From Octopus bimaculoides (lineage: Eukaryota): 64,000 bases of DNA. The notes under the pieces are model-generated. The model did no database searches. It was not told where the DNA came from and was given only the letters and a program-made list of their open reading frames with translations. A program made the translations under genes and the position numbers. The DNA lies in NCBI RefSeq assembly GCF_001194135.2, contig NC_068982.1, forward strand, positions 159,189,230 to 159,253,229. The letters are read 5' to 3'. Shown piece by piece: positions 39,211 through 58,630 of the stretch (the stretch's first letter is position 1; each line of letters begins with the position of its first letter).

Positions 39211-41495
39211 GTTAGATAAAGACGTAAAGGACTGATGTAGTGAGATATATGGGGGGCGGTGAGAGAATTGAGAAGTGAAGTGAAGGGCATGTATTAGTGA
39301 GGTGAATGGAAGCACCTCTACGGCGTGCAGATATAGGGGGAAATAATGAATCAACAAAGGAGTGGCAAAACGAAATTTGAGACAACAAATGATCCGAGTA
39401 CAAAGAAGAGGGAGACAGTAGCGCTGCTAAGGGGGAGTCGGTCAATGTGAGATATGCATTATCGACACGTGAGTTATAAACCGTGGCTATAAAGTTAGGT
39501 AGTGAAAAAAATGGTGCAGAATGACCTGTTCAAAGGAAATGCATTAATCATACCAGGCACGGGATGGGTTAGACATCATAACATAAACGGTTTCAATCAA
39601 TGTATGGATATAGATATTGTAAATTGCGGCAATTGTATCGAGTCTATATATTACATATAATGAGAGGATGAACGTCCAGCAGGAGATATGACTGTGATCT
39701 ACTTACTAGAACTAAGAGTAGGGAACAGGTGGATATTTGTAGTAGACGAGACAACTCACAATGCAGTGAACACACCTAAGTGTAAGATAAGGTATCAAAA
39801 TGCGGTCATTAGAGTGACCTAATCGTACTTGAGAAGAAAAAACCCGAACAGATGTTCTGTAAACATCAAGTATTAGAGAAGAATTGGAAGGACAGCCGAA
39901 GGGTAGGGGAATGAAAACTTATTTAAGGCTTATCTAAATCTGCTATAGTATAACGATTTATGGTAATATAAAAAATTTTTCATAACTTTAACGACAATCT
40001 TTTGTAGAAAATCTTTCTTTCTTAGAAAAACAATTTCAGTGATAATCGGTAGTATAAATTAGAGAGCAGTCGACCTCCACAAATAGTATTGCAGTGTTAA
40101 TGATAAACTAGGGGATATCATAAAAGATACATTCAAAGCTGAAATTAGATGTGGGTGGCCGGGTAGGTTGAGAATTTTTGTTTAATGTTCGAGAATGTGC
40201 CGATAAATGCGAGGCATTAGCGCTTAAATTTGATCGTTGATCCTATGTAAATTTTAGTTGGGTTTAATTGTACTGTGGTTACTGTGTATTTATACATAAC
40301 ATAAAGCGTAAACAATAGCAACGCATGGAAAATTCGCTGGTATTCTTTATAGTCAATGTCCTCTTCTTTTCGATTAGAGGAGATGTATCTTCTATCACAT
40401 ATTACTGATAATATTATCATTGCCAATATCATTATTAGTATTACGATTATTATCACAGGTACAGCCAGTAATATTAATATTATAAATGTAATTGCAATCA
40501 GTAAAATTCTACGAAATTTTATGAAAATCCGCACTAGTTAATAGCCTTACCTTGCTTTCATGTATATCTAAAATATTGCTTCAACATTGTACCCGCGTGT
40601 ATAATATGCAGTGCTATATCAGCCAATTATCGAACTTTCGAAACAGTTGTAAATATAGGTTTTGATTGCATCATGCAAACTGTATGCGCAACGTTTCATA
40701 TAAATATAATCCTTACGCCTGTTACCGTATCTGTTACTACTTGAATACATAAATTCATACATATGAATACGTATATGTATGTGTGTGTGTCTGCGTGTAA
40801 TGTATATGTGTGCTTACTTGTGTATATATATATATATATATATATACATACTCTTGTCGATATATTTATTTAAGATGTACGACATAGGTGTTAACAATGT
40901 GTAATTTTAACATACTGCGGCGACCATAGTAACAGTCAGTCCTATATTTAGAAAACATTATTGATTGATTATAACTTTTGTCATTGGAAGCAGAATCAGT
41001 AGAGCGCCGGATAACACATCCTTAAAGTTCGGTATGTCATCATATGCTGATCTCAAATCCTGATAGGCTTTTCTACGCTGCGTTTTAACCTTCCTAACTT
41101 GATGCAATTCATATGGTGATTTATCAGTTTCCTCTACTTCAAATGTGTACTGTTATTACACTATCCATTTATTACGAATTAAAATACGGTCATCCGTTTC
41201 CTTATGGTAATATCCCTCTTCAACAGACATAATAGAATGAATAAATCATTATTATTATAATTACTACAGTACTGGTATCGAATTGGTGAGTGAAAATAGT
41301 GTCCATTTGTTCCTTAGCCCAGGTCAATACTAATCAAGTAGACACATGACCAAATCTTTGTAGTCACGACAGCCCTTACTTATTTTCCAATATATGAATA
41401 ATACACATACATTGTGCATATGCATGTATGCATGCATATATATGTGTGTGTGTGTGCATACACACACATGCACACACACACACACACACACACAA

Positions 41496-41556
<61 letters not shown>

Positions 41557-42116
41557 CATACACGCGCACAATCTACAATCATGGTATTCTTCATTTTCCT
41601 TTTTAATGAGCAGGGTTATACGGGAATTTGATTGCTATTCCCAGTAGGTTAAGCGACCGTGTAATTATTCTATGTTGAGTCTGATTGCTGCAGCCATGTT
41701 GAATATTGCTGGGTTCTACAGAGCATCTTGTCACTAATATTAACGATAGGTGTCAAGGAGTAATGTAAGATGTGTGAAGAATGTAAGACTTCGGGTGTAG
41801 AACACTCAATAATAGTAATCAATAATAGATGTTTCTAATTAAGGCACAAGACCAGTGGTTTGTGGTGGAGAAAGCTATTCGATGACAGCAGTATGGCATT
41901 ACCATATTGAAAAGGATTGAAGGTGTTGACTACAACGGAGGTACAAGTTAAAACATAAATTACCACAAAAAATAGTATGAGGTATTTTTTCCCGCGTTTA
42001 GCACAACTGCCACGAAGCCATTGTCGTTTATATTTTTAGCATAAGATGCATACATTCTCTCTTACTATTTCTCTATATATCTCTCTCCCTATCTCTCTCT
42101 CTCTCTCTCTCTCTCT

Positions 42117-42199
<83 letters not shown>

Positions 42200-42571
42200 T
42201 CACTCGATCGTTCATTCTCTCTCCCCACATCTGCACATATAAATGTGTGCGTGCGTGTGTGTATATGTATTTTACCACGCACACATATATTTAGTACAAT
42301 ACATAACATCTGCCCAAGTAATTTTGAATTTGAGCATTTTAATTATAACTCATATGGCAAATAACATGTAATGTTATAGCAGTAACTGACCTATATATAT
42401 GTATATATGTAAGTATGTTTGTATGTATGTGTGTATGTATGTATATAGGCATATATATGTGTCGCTTCAGAGTATCGTTCGGACAGGGGTGTAGGCAAAC
42501 ATGTAAAACTTCTAACCCAGTTCCATGTACGTATATATATATATGCATATACATATATATGCATGTATGTA

Positions 42572-42603
<32 letters not shown>

Positions 42604-44629
42604 AGTTTTTGAAAGAGAAGACACTCGTACTTGACAAGTTGGTAATTTATTCTCTGTCTTTTTACCTGGACGTGCACGGGATGATCTAGCGAAAGAGTTC
42701 AAAGCGTCCAAGCTTAAGTCTTCCAAGTGTTGCAAATGACACTTGGTGGGGAGGATGTAAAGCACATCATTCAACCACGTGTTTCAACAGAAATTGCCTG
42801 AGATATTGACTGAATCTTGCATTTAGAAACGGATACTCAATGCCTCTTTATAATTCGACTCCCGTATGTGTGTTTAAATCTGAATGCGTACTTGAGAGCA
42901 TCTGGCATTGTTACTTATATCCATGCGGAATATTTTAACGGTCATGTAGTTCAATGGAGGATTGTTTGCTTCAGCGCTGGTATCTGTTTGAGCATTGACA
43001 TATTTTTTGTTAGTGTTATTCTTTGTAATTATTAATGTGTGATATGCTTTTTAATACATCTTGATATGTGATGTGTCTGCTGAAAATATATACCACTCAT
43101 GTTTATGTAATGCTACTGCATGATGATTCTGGAATCGTTTACCTTTTATAATCAGGAGTGCGAGTGTGTATATGTGCCTTTCATTTCGGCTTTTTGATAC
43201 ATGTGTGAGATTATGATAGTAATGTCGCCATTGTGTTTGTTATTATGACTCTCATTAATTAATGCGCTAAAATATGCTCAGATGTTTTCCTGTTTTTATT
43301 ACGTCATATTTGTTCGAGGAATACTATACCCACGATTATGTTTATTACACTTTGCAATCGTGTGACTCTACGTTCGTGTCGAGTGCGTGTCATTATGGTC
43401 CAATGTATTTTACCGTTACTCGGATCACCCAACGTCGACTCATGTCTAGTGAAAGAAATTTAGGTGGATGACAAGTGGGTGGTAGCCAATCATGTGGATA
43501 AAACCTGAAATGTAGTAGCCTAGCTTTGTCACGTATAGTTCCACGTAGACTATATTTGATAATCACATTAATAGTCCAAGTCTCCGTGAATTATTCATTT
43601 TCACGTTATTTTATCTTGTGCTTTTGATGATAAAACTGAATGCTAATCGCCGAACTCACCGGTGAATACATTCATTACACAATCAAACGGCTGTACATCA
43701 GCATGGCCGCAGCTCTGAGCTGAAACTACAGAAGAAAAAAAAATAGATCTGATTTCAGAAGGCGGCAAAATGTGATTTGAGGACGATTTGCCTGCTATGT
43801 TGCATTTCCAGCAACTTCGTACAGGATTGATCATTGACTCATAATGTTGTGGTTGTTGTGCTGATATGTTTGTTGAATGCGACGTAAGATTGGCTTTATT
43901 CTGTTGCTTAACAATAATTTCTATCAGCGGTGTTGCTGGTTAAGTTATGTAATGTGGCTATGTGAGTTTGTGCATTATGTGCCAGTTATGGTCTTGGATG
44001 TGCATTGTATATGTATGTGCTGGTGTATGTGTATGTGTGCTTTGTGTATATGTGTGTCGGTAAATGTGTATTTTTTCTACTTTTATTTTATATGTGTTGT
44101 ACTATAACATCTTTGTATTGTATCTGGCCAGGAGTTTGCGACAGTAAGACGAAGTTATTTCATGAACACATTATAAAATTCCAGCGTGTGTTGTGCTGCT
44201 GTAGTTCTTGTTGTCGTTGTTGTTACAGTTGTAGATGCTATTGGGCTGTTACTAATGCTGTAGTAGTAGTTGTTGCTGTTGTTCTAGTTTTCTTTCCTTG
44301 TTGTTATTGTTGTTTTGCGTGTATGTGTGATGATACTGTTGCTGGCATCGTGAAAAAGGTAACGGCTTGTTGAGCGTGAAAATGTTGAAGAAAGCTTCAA
44401 CGTAACCGCTCGACTACCAAAACATAGTTGGCAAAGTACCTTCGTTTAATATACTGAAATAACGAATTATTACATCTGATAAGAAGATATTTTTAGCTCT
44501 TCGAACCAGGTCATGCAGGTCATTTTTAGGGTGTGTCCGATTATATGCCTTCACAATTAGACCAAGTTTGATTTGTTGGCTAATGCAACAGTGATAACAA
44601 TTACTACAAGTCTTCGTCCGAAGCAAACA

Positions 44630-44800
44630 CTTTTAGGTGAAAGACCTAATCGATTACATCAGCTCCAATATTTGACAAGTACTTTATTTTATCGACCTCG
44701 AAAGATGGTAGGCTAAGTTGACCTCAGCTAGAATTGAATTCAGAAAGCAAAAAGCCAGAAATAAATTGCTGTTAATCATTTTGTCTGAAGTACTGGCAAA
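44630..44800 (-). mobile_element. Degenerate Nin/Deu-like SINE copy
   Basis: atcgattacatc...gtactttattttatcgacctcgaaagatg...gaattcaga matches the family. Confidence 0.65.
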
Positions 44801-45076
44801 AGCAGCGTTTCAGTAATTGAAATAAAACGGTTACAGCGAAAATTGAGGACAATACTCCATCACTTGTTCTTCAAGCAACTACATGACCATCGGTTGATAT
44901 GCGAAAGTGTTGTTGTTGTTGTTATTGTGGTTGTTGTCTATTCTCATGTCAAGTTTAATGAAACACACGTATAATAAAAGATGGAATAATAATTTTGGTG
45001 CGTGTATATATACATACACACACAAACACATACACACACACACACACACGCACACACATATATGTATGTAAATATA

Positions 45077-45357
45077 TGTTCTTTTGGGGGATGGTCATAT
45101 TGCCAGTTTAGCCACAGGCGCTATATCTTTGGTGTTCACTTGCTTCAGCTTTATTTCATATGAACTGTATTTCTGCCAGAGTTCTTTCGTCACACATCTG
45201 TGACCTCAGCGTTTAGTTTCTTCTTTCCTTTTTGTGTCTCTCCTTCCTAACAATCTGCAATTAATATGAAATAAAACTAAAGCAAGTGAACACCACGTAT
45301 ATAATACGAATGATTTCATTCGCTAAACTGGCAATTTGACCATCTCCAAATGCAGCA
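45077..45357. mobile_element. MITE with long imperfect terminal inverted repeats
   Basis: gatggtcatattgccagtttagc (45090-45112) pairs with gctaaactggcaatttgaccatc (45322-45344). ggtgttcacttgcttcagctttatttcatat (45131-45161) pairs with atatgaaataaaactaaagcaagtgaacacc (45264-45294). TA lies at the left end; there is no ORF. Confidence 0.8.
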
Positions 45358-46657
45358 AGGTCTGTTTCAACACACAAGTTCACATCAAGAATCTTGCAAA
45401 AAGAATATATACACATGTGTATATNNNNNNNNNNNNNNNNNNNNNNNNNNNNNNNNNNNNNNNNNNNNNNNNNNNNNNNNNNNNNNNNNNNNNNNNNNNN
45501 NNNNNNNNNNNNNNNNNNNNNNNNNNNNNNNNNNNNNNNNNNNNNNNNNNNNNNNNNNNNNNNNNNNNNNNNNNNNNNNNNNNNNNNNNNNNNNNNNNNN
45601 NNNNNNNNNNNNNNNNNNNNNNNNNNNNNNNNNNNNNNNNNNNNNNNNNNNNNNNNNNNNNNNNNNNNNNNNNNNNNNNNNNNNNNNNNNNNNNNNNNNN
45701 NNNNNNNNNNNNNNNNNNNNNNNNNNNNNNNNNNNNNNNNNNNNNNNNNNNNNNNNNNNNNNNNNNNNNNNNNNNNNNNNNNNNNNNNNNNNNNNNNNNN
45801 NNNNNNNNNNNNNNNNNNNNNNNNNNNNNNNNNNNNNNNNNNNNNNNNNNNNNNNNNNNNNNNNNNNNNNNNNNNNNNNNNNNNNNNNNNNNNNNNNNNN
45901 NNNNNNNNNNNNNNNNNNNNNNNNNNNNNNNNNNNNNNNNNNNNNNNNNNNNNNNNNNNNNNNNNNNNNNNNNNNNNAATATCGCCGCTCTATCTAGTGA
46001 AGCAAATGCTCATATAGAAGTTTCCATAGCAAGAATTTCCAACTCATATTGTTCACAGTCTTATTATTGTTACTGGTTTTTGTTGTTGTAATAATCACAC
46101 TGTTTTTAACGTTGTTGTTGTTGATGCTTAAGTTACTTTTCAGCTTTATTCGACCAGATTTCTGATGAAAGAATTTGGAACAGTGGTCATCGCATCGTTT
46201 ACGATTGTGCTACAAACTCACGTCGATCTAACTAGACACAATTTCGAAGGGTATGAGTCAAGAGATGTTAGTATTATATTAGCTGGTAGTTAGCAGTCTA
46301 CATGAAAACTGTGCCGCGCGTTCGATTTGCCGTCGTAAGGTAATTGCAGTAGTTGGTGTTATTCCTGTCAGATGGCAGCAGCAACTGTAGCAGCGCAACC
46401 GGCACCACCGCCGCTATCATCTCCAGTAATAGCTGCAACCAAATTATAAAAGAAAGCAGCTGATAGTAAGCAGTGTTTATCTGATCGACGTATACATAAG
46501 TACAGTGGCACTAACGCATTCAAAATCGAGCGTTTCGTGCACAGTTATCCAAACACACACAAACACACACACAAACAGTCACATACACACGGATACACAG
46601 TCACACACATACACACACACACGCGCGCGAACAACACATGCACACAAACAGACACAT

Positions 46658-46694
<37 letters not shown>

Positions 46695-48557
46695 ACATAC
46701 ACACACGCATGCAAACATGAGCACACACACAGACAAACACACAAATGCACACACATACACATATACCTACATGCAAATACATTGGTTGTGACGTCGAAGT
46801 TTCGACGATCATTACTTTGTCAGTTATCACACAATTTTGACCATCGGTAAAGTTTCGAAGTCACTATCGTTATTTTTCGGTTGAAAAGTAAAATATTTTG
46901 ATACATATTGACTTTTTTTTTCTTTTGTTCCTTTTTTCGATTATTTTACCAAAATGTTTGAATATGTTCATGTATCTTTGTATATAAAGCCCCCATTTTA
47001 ATATATATTCGTATTTGTGTGAGTATATATCCCTGTTCGGTCTGTGTGTGTGTGTATGTTTGTGTGTGTATGTTTGTGTGTGTATGTTTGTGTGTGTCTA
47101 CGTGTGCTCTATGTGCGAACGCATTTTCTGTACTCTTCCAATACTGTACTGTTCTTTTAATGGGGTGTGCTCTCATACAGAAAGCGGGAGTAAAGACAGA
47201 ATGAAAGACACAGTGAGAGAGGGGAAGAGGGGAAGAGGGGAAGAGGGGAAGAGAGAGTAAGAGAAGGACAGTGGATAGCAGAAAGAGTATAATAAAAAGT
47301 GAGTAAGAGAGAGAGAGAAAGAGAGAGACAGAGAGAGACAGAGAGAGACAGAGAGACAGAGACAGAGAGCGATAAGATGTGTGTATGTGTCTGAGCGTAT
47401 ATATACATTTCTTTGTGGTTAGCGTTAGTCGCCAGTTATATTACGTGCTACGTACACGCAATATTTTTCTTCGGGTCAATTTAATCTAAACGGTCGCCAA
47501 TTTTACTGACGTCGGGACCCGCTGTTGGACGAGGAATTTTCAGCTCTACGATACTAGCGATTTGAATACCAATACTAACTACCCCAATACTCATCCCATG
47601 CTATATCTTTATCGACCTGGGAAAGATGAAATACAATGCTGTTCTCNNNNNNNNNNNNNNNNNNNNNNNNNNNNNNNNNNNNNNNNNNNNNNNNNNNNNN
47701 NNNNNNNNNNNNNNNNNNNNNNNNNNNNNNNNNNNNNNNNNNNNNNNNNNNNNNNNNNNNNNNNNNNNNNNNNNNNNNNNNNNNNNNNNNNNNNNNNNNN
47801 NNNNNNNNNNNNNNNNNNNNNNNNNNNNNNNNNNNNNNNNNNNNNNNNNNNNNNNNNNNNNNNNNNNNNNNNNNNNNNNNNNNNNNNNNNNNNNNNNNNN
47901 NNNNNNNNNNNNNNNNNNNNNNNNNNNNNNNNNNNNNNNNNNNNNNNNNNNNNNNNNNNNNNNNNNNNNNNNNNNNNNNNNNNNNNNNNNNNNNNNNNNN
48001 NNNNNNNNNNNNNNNNNNNNNNNNNNNNNNNNNNNNNNNNNNNNNNNNNNNNNNNNNNNNNNNNNNNNNNNNNNNNNNNNNNNNNNNNNNNNNNNNNNNN
48101 NNNNNNNNNNNNNNNNNNNNNNNNNNNNNNNNNNNNNNNNNNNNNNNNNNNNNNNNNNNNNNNNNNNNNNNNNNNNNNNNNNNNNNNNNNNNNNNNNNNN
48201 NNNNNNNNNNNNNNNNNNNNNNNNNNNNNNNNNNNNNNNNNNNNNNNNNNNNNNNNNNNNNNNNNNNNNNNNNNNNNNNNNNNNNNNNNNNNNNNNNNNN
48301 NNNNNNNNNNNNNNNNNNNNNNNNNNNNNNNNNNNNNNNNNNNNNNNNNNNNNNNNNNNNNNNNNNNNNNNNNNNNNNNNNNNNNNNNNNNNNNNNNNNN
48401 NNNNNNNNNNNNNNNNNNNNNNNNNNNNNNNNNNNNNNNNNNNNNNNNNNNNNNNNNNNNNNNNNNNNNNNNNNNNNTATATATATATATCCATATATAA
48501 ATACATAAATATACATTGAGACTAGTACATAGATCGATCGCTCGATATATATATGTA

Positions 48558-48562
48558 GAGAG

Positions 48563-48650
<88 letters not shown>
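48558..48650. repeat. (GATA)n microsatellite
   Basis: Directly visible; a complementary (TCTA)n tract lies at 61738-61818. Confidence 0.95.
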
Positions 48651-48652
<2 letters not shown>

Positions 48653-49237
48653 GGAGAGAGAGAAATAACTTCATACATAAAATTATACCCATATTTATAT
48701 GCATGTATGTATACCATTTACATTTACACACAGAGTTGGGGTGTGTGAAAATGATGCTTCAGCATTGATACATAGTTTTCTATCTTTGCATTCCTTTGTA
48801 TGTTTCAAGCATTTTTAGCCTCATAGACTTCTTTGCAAAGCACGCGTGAATTTATCTGTTTCCAATGCACGTGTACTTTGAATAGCTCAGTTGAGAATAT
48901 GAGTTTGTACGTATGCACGAGAAGTATCAAGTAGCGATGCGTGTACCGAGATGGGAATAAATATATGTGTGAAATGTATTCAATATTTTTATGGCTTCGA
49001 AATATACTGAATTGGATTAAGCAAAACGGCTTGCTGCATGTTTATTTTCCTGGTAATTGCTGGAACTATGAATACATTAATACATACATGCAACCAAACA
49101 TATACTTGATGCATACATACAAACAAATACGTTTGAATATATATAATACATGCATGTGTATGTATGCATGTATATATATACAAGTAACCATATACACAAA
49201 TATATATATAAGAATATGTATATATATATCAATATGT

Positions 49238-49332
<95 letters not shown>

Positions 49333-49408
49333 GATATACATACATACATACATACATCTATACATACATATATATATATATACATCTATACATACATACA
49401 TACATAGA

Positions 49409-49910
49409 ATTAAGGGTATGACTGATCTTGATTACCGGGACCGCCTTAAAACATTGAAACTCTATTCTATCCAGCGCTGTCGTGAGCGATACATCGTTTG
49501 CAAGATGTGGAGAGTATACCACCAGCATTGCCAAACGACCTCAACGTTAGCTTAAAAATCCATGCAAGTCTAGGACCACGGACCATATTTCCCATACCTA
49601 ATTCAGGATCACAGCACATAAATACACAACAGCACAATACCTTTTCCTCAACAGGCCCCGCCGTATTTAACAGTCCCGAAACAGATCGAAGAGGCAAAGG
49701 ATCCCATTACATTTAAACGGAATCTGGACAAATTTCTTCAAGGAATACCAGATAAGCCACCTACACCTCGATACAACTCACTCAACAAGAGCTCTCCACT
49801 CGAACGGACCTTGATACCACTAAATGTCGCTAAAAAAGATTAAGATAATCCTATCTGATGGTACTATTAAGTTAAACATGGCCTGGACCAATCTCTGGTC
49901 GAAACATATA
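49409..49910 (+). mobile_element. 3' end of a CR1/L2-group LINE ORF2 plus short 3' UTR
   Basis: Manual translation with two frameshifts: [34 protein letters not shown]...PNDLNV...TFSSTGPAVFNS..KQIEEAKDPITFKRNLDKFLQGIPDKPPTP. The Y.ERL..L.LYS..RRRER and FK..LDKFL motifs are typical of CR1-group C-termini. Confidence 0.85.
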
Positions 49911-50875
49911 TCTATATATACATCGTTGCTATTATGCTAAAGTGCCGTAGTCCAAAACGTTGCTTTTTCAGAAAACGACAAAATAGTTCCCTAATTCCAT
50001 AGGAAAACCGTTTTAACACAGTTTGGAAATTTTTTCTATATCTTGGCAAATGAAGCAGCTGGATAGAGGATAGTTTGACCAAAAGAAATAACTAATGCAA
50101 GTAAAAATAAAAATTGAGAAAAACGCATTTGGTCAAATTTGACCGTACAGCTGTTTAACATAATATATATATGTGTATATACAGAAAGGGAGAGAGAGAG
50201 AGAGACAGAGAAAGACAGAGAGAGAAAGAGAGAGATAGAGAGGTTTGAATTTGTTATTAGTCCTCGAGAGTGATGTTTGTTATGGATGTTCAAAGGATTT
50301 CAATTCGCATTATTGAAATTACTCTTTCATACACGATTCCGAAGAGTATGACTTCGGTGTGAATATAATTATGTTAATATTTATTTATAAGTGATGCACA
50401 AATGCCAGATATGACAAATATTTCATTAACCCTACAAGGATGAAATAGAAATGGCTATCCCAATGGGATTTCAACAGTGTACGAAGTATAGCGTAGCTAA
50501 AAATATAAACCCAATTAGTGTTACGACCATCCTCTTCGAAAATTCACCTTTCAGTGGTAGGTACGTTTGGGTTTTTTACGATGCAAAGGTGTGTAGCCAA
50601 ATAAATCATGAAACATATTTACGAATACGAACGGTATTGACCTAGGCAAGCTGAAATATAAAGTTGATATTTGAACCGGTAGGAAGAAATGAATGAACCA
50701 AAACGAGCACCCTATTAAACATTACGCTTCTAAACCGGCAATTATCGTCTTCTGTTTATTCGCCAACCAAACTGCGAGAAAGACTTATCTATTATCAGTA
50801 CACTTTATGTAAAAACCAAGGGATATGCTGTTTCCACTTGTATGCAACTCCTGTATTGTGTATGAAAAAAAAGTA

Positions 50876-50927
<52 letters not shown>

Positions 50928-51094
50928 TCTGTGTGTGTGTGTGGTGTGTGTGTGTGTGTGTGCCTGCGTGCGTGTGTGTGTGTATGTGTATGCATATAAT
51001 CATATATGTATTTGTATGTATGTATATATGTATGTATGTATGTATTTATATATACAAGTTTGTATTTCTGCCAATTTATCTATATATCTATCAC

Positions 51095-51140
<46 letters not shown>

Positions 51141-51413
51141 CATCTATTTTCATGTGATTCTCTTCATCGCTACACAGAGTGTTCCTCTAGCAGTGAATTT
51201 CATTAAACAAAAACAATTTCTTTTGCTTTCGCTTTAAGGATTATTTGGCTACAGAACATAACACTTAATTTTGACGAAGGAATATCAGATTTTCAGTATT
51301 GCCTCACTTGTTTGTGAAACCAAACCCTGACTATCTGCGAATATATATACATCTATACTATCCCTCTGTCTCTGTTTGTCTCTCTTTCAAACGTACACGC
51401 AAACACAGACACA

Positions 51414-51450
<37 letters not shown>

Positions 51451-51759
51451 NNNNNNNNNNNNNNNNNNNNNNNNNNNNNNNNNNNNNNNNNNNNNNNNNN
51501 NNNNNNNNNNNNNNNNNNNNNNNNNNNNNNNNNNNNNNNNNNNNNNNNNNNNNNNNNNNNNNNNNNNNNNNNNNNNNNNNTATATATATATATATATATG
51601 CACGTGCACATGCATGTTGGTATACACGCATGCAAGTGCGTGAATGAATGTAAGTTTACTTATTGTTTACGTTCATCACTGAGAATTCGTGACTTTAAAC
51701 CAAGATAGGAAACGAAATATATTGGTAGCTAAGGATAAAGTTTGCAAATACAAAAATGG

Positions 51760-51961
51760 AAACTCTGCACCAAAACAACCAAAACCACCACCACCACCAC
51801 CACCACTAATAATAACAACAACAACATCACCACCACAAATATATTCACCAGTACTTCCAGTATCATCATCATTAGAGTTAACGTTGTGAACGTCATCGAC
51901 ATATGCGTCACCACCGCCACCACCATCATCGCCATCATCATCATCATCATCATCGTCGTCG

Positions 51962-52003
<42 letters not shown>

Positions 52004-52530
52004 ACATCATCATCATCATCATTAGTAGAACACTGTGCGCCTCGAGTGAAAAGTACAGTGATAATTTAAACGTGCGCCTATACAACTGTTAGCGAAGGGA
52101 AATGATGCTCTGTGATGTGCATTCTTATCCAAAGTAAATGAAGCCTAATCAGTGTTCTACTCAATATCCTATTTTGGTGGTCGTAGGACAGAAAAGGCGT
52201 CGTTTAACGTCAAATTCTCAAGAAATACTGATGTATTGAAACAGGAATAAGTGAATCGAGAGTCGATGTTTGACCGCATCACTAGAAAAACGATGGAAAC
52301 ATGGGGACGATGGTGATGATGATGCAATGATGATGATGATGACGACGACGACGACGACGACGATGATTATGATGATGACCACAACGATGGTAATGATGAT
52401 GATGATCGTGATGATCATGATGATGACGATTATGATGATGACGATGATGACGAAAACGATGGTAGTTATTATGGTGATGGTGTTGGTGTTGATAAAAATA
52501 GTGACATTGATGTTGCTGCCGTAGATATTC
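51760..52530. repeat. Compound degenerate trinucleotide tracts (CAC/AAC/CAT, then GAT/GAC)
   Basis: Directly visible; they generate the poly-I/M/T/V ORFs in the track. Confidence 0.9.
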
Positions 52531-52999
52531 TTGATGCTGTTCATGGTGTTTTGAAATGAAATAAAAAGTGATGATGTTCTTTGCTGCTGGTGTTAAGTGA
52601 CGCGGTTTGTAGTTGTTGTATTACTGCTGTTGCTTTATTTATTTATTTTTTTCGTTAGGAAGAAAGTTATTATTCGAAGATGATGATAGTCATGATGTTG
52701 TTGGTGATGAATGTGAAGATAAGAATGTGGTGAAGAAGAGAGAGAAAAGGGAATACTGAGGAAATAACACCTCCAATTCATTTACAATTAAGAAACTCGG
52801 TGTTGCAACGGATAAAGGAGTACAATGAACTCAACCGGCACTACAACATAACTGGAGTCACTTTTTACCGAAAACAGAAAAGCAAATGTGGGCCGAAATA
52901 AAACCAACAATTGTTGTAGTATAATAATAATAATGCTAATAATAATAATAATAATAATAATTATTATTATTATTATTATTATTATTAGTAGTAGTAGTA

Positions 53000-57994
<4,995 letters not shown>

Positions 57995-58005
57995 ATTATT
58001 ATTAC

Positions 58006-58050
<45 letters not shown>

Positions 58051-58058
58051 CATTATTA

Positions 58059-58173
<115 letters not shown>

Positions 58174-58252
58174 CGTCTTTGCCGTCGACGTCGTTGTTGT
58201 TGTTTGCTGTCGTCGTCGTTTTTGATGGTGGTGCTGATGTTGTTGTTGTTGT

Positions 58253-58467
58253 TAAGTCGGTGAGCTGGCAGAATCGTTAGCGTACTAGACAAGATGCTTA
58301 GCAATATTTCGTCCGTCTTGGCGTTCTGAGTTCAAATTTCGCTGAGGTCGACTTTGCCTTTTATTCTTTTGGGGTGAGTAAAACAATCACCAGTTGAACA
58401 CTGGGGTCGATGTATTCGACTTAGCCATTCCGCGGAAACTGCTGCCCTTCTGGCAAAATTTGAAACA
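58253..58467 (+). mobile_element. Nin/Deu-like SINE copy in the opposite orientation, closing the cluster
   Basis: gtcggtgagctggcagaatcgttag...gttctgagttcaaattt...gtcgactttgcctttt...ctggggtcgatgta...aaatttgaaac followed by (ATT)n. Confidence 0.88.
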
Positions 58468-58523
<56 letters not shown>

Positions 58524-58553
58524 TATTACTATTATTAATAATAATAATAAAAC

Positions 58554-58630
<77 letters not shown>

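Noticed and set aside
42666-42797. Minus-strand exon candidate ending at cag|gtaaaa
   Set aside because: The 132-nt version has stops in all three frames. The 76-nt version is asymmetric and its peptide is unrecognisable.
46372-46449. Short ORF MAAATVAAQPAPPPLSSPVIAATKL* after an acceptor-like site
   Set aside because: It derives from a degenerate GCA/CAC trinucleotide tract, is only 25 aa long and has no supporting context.
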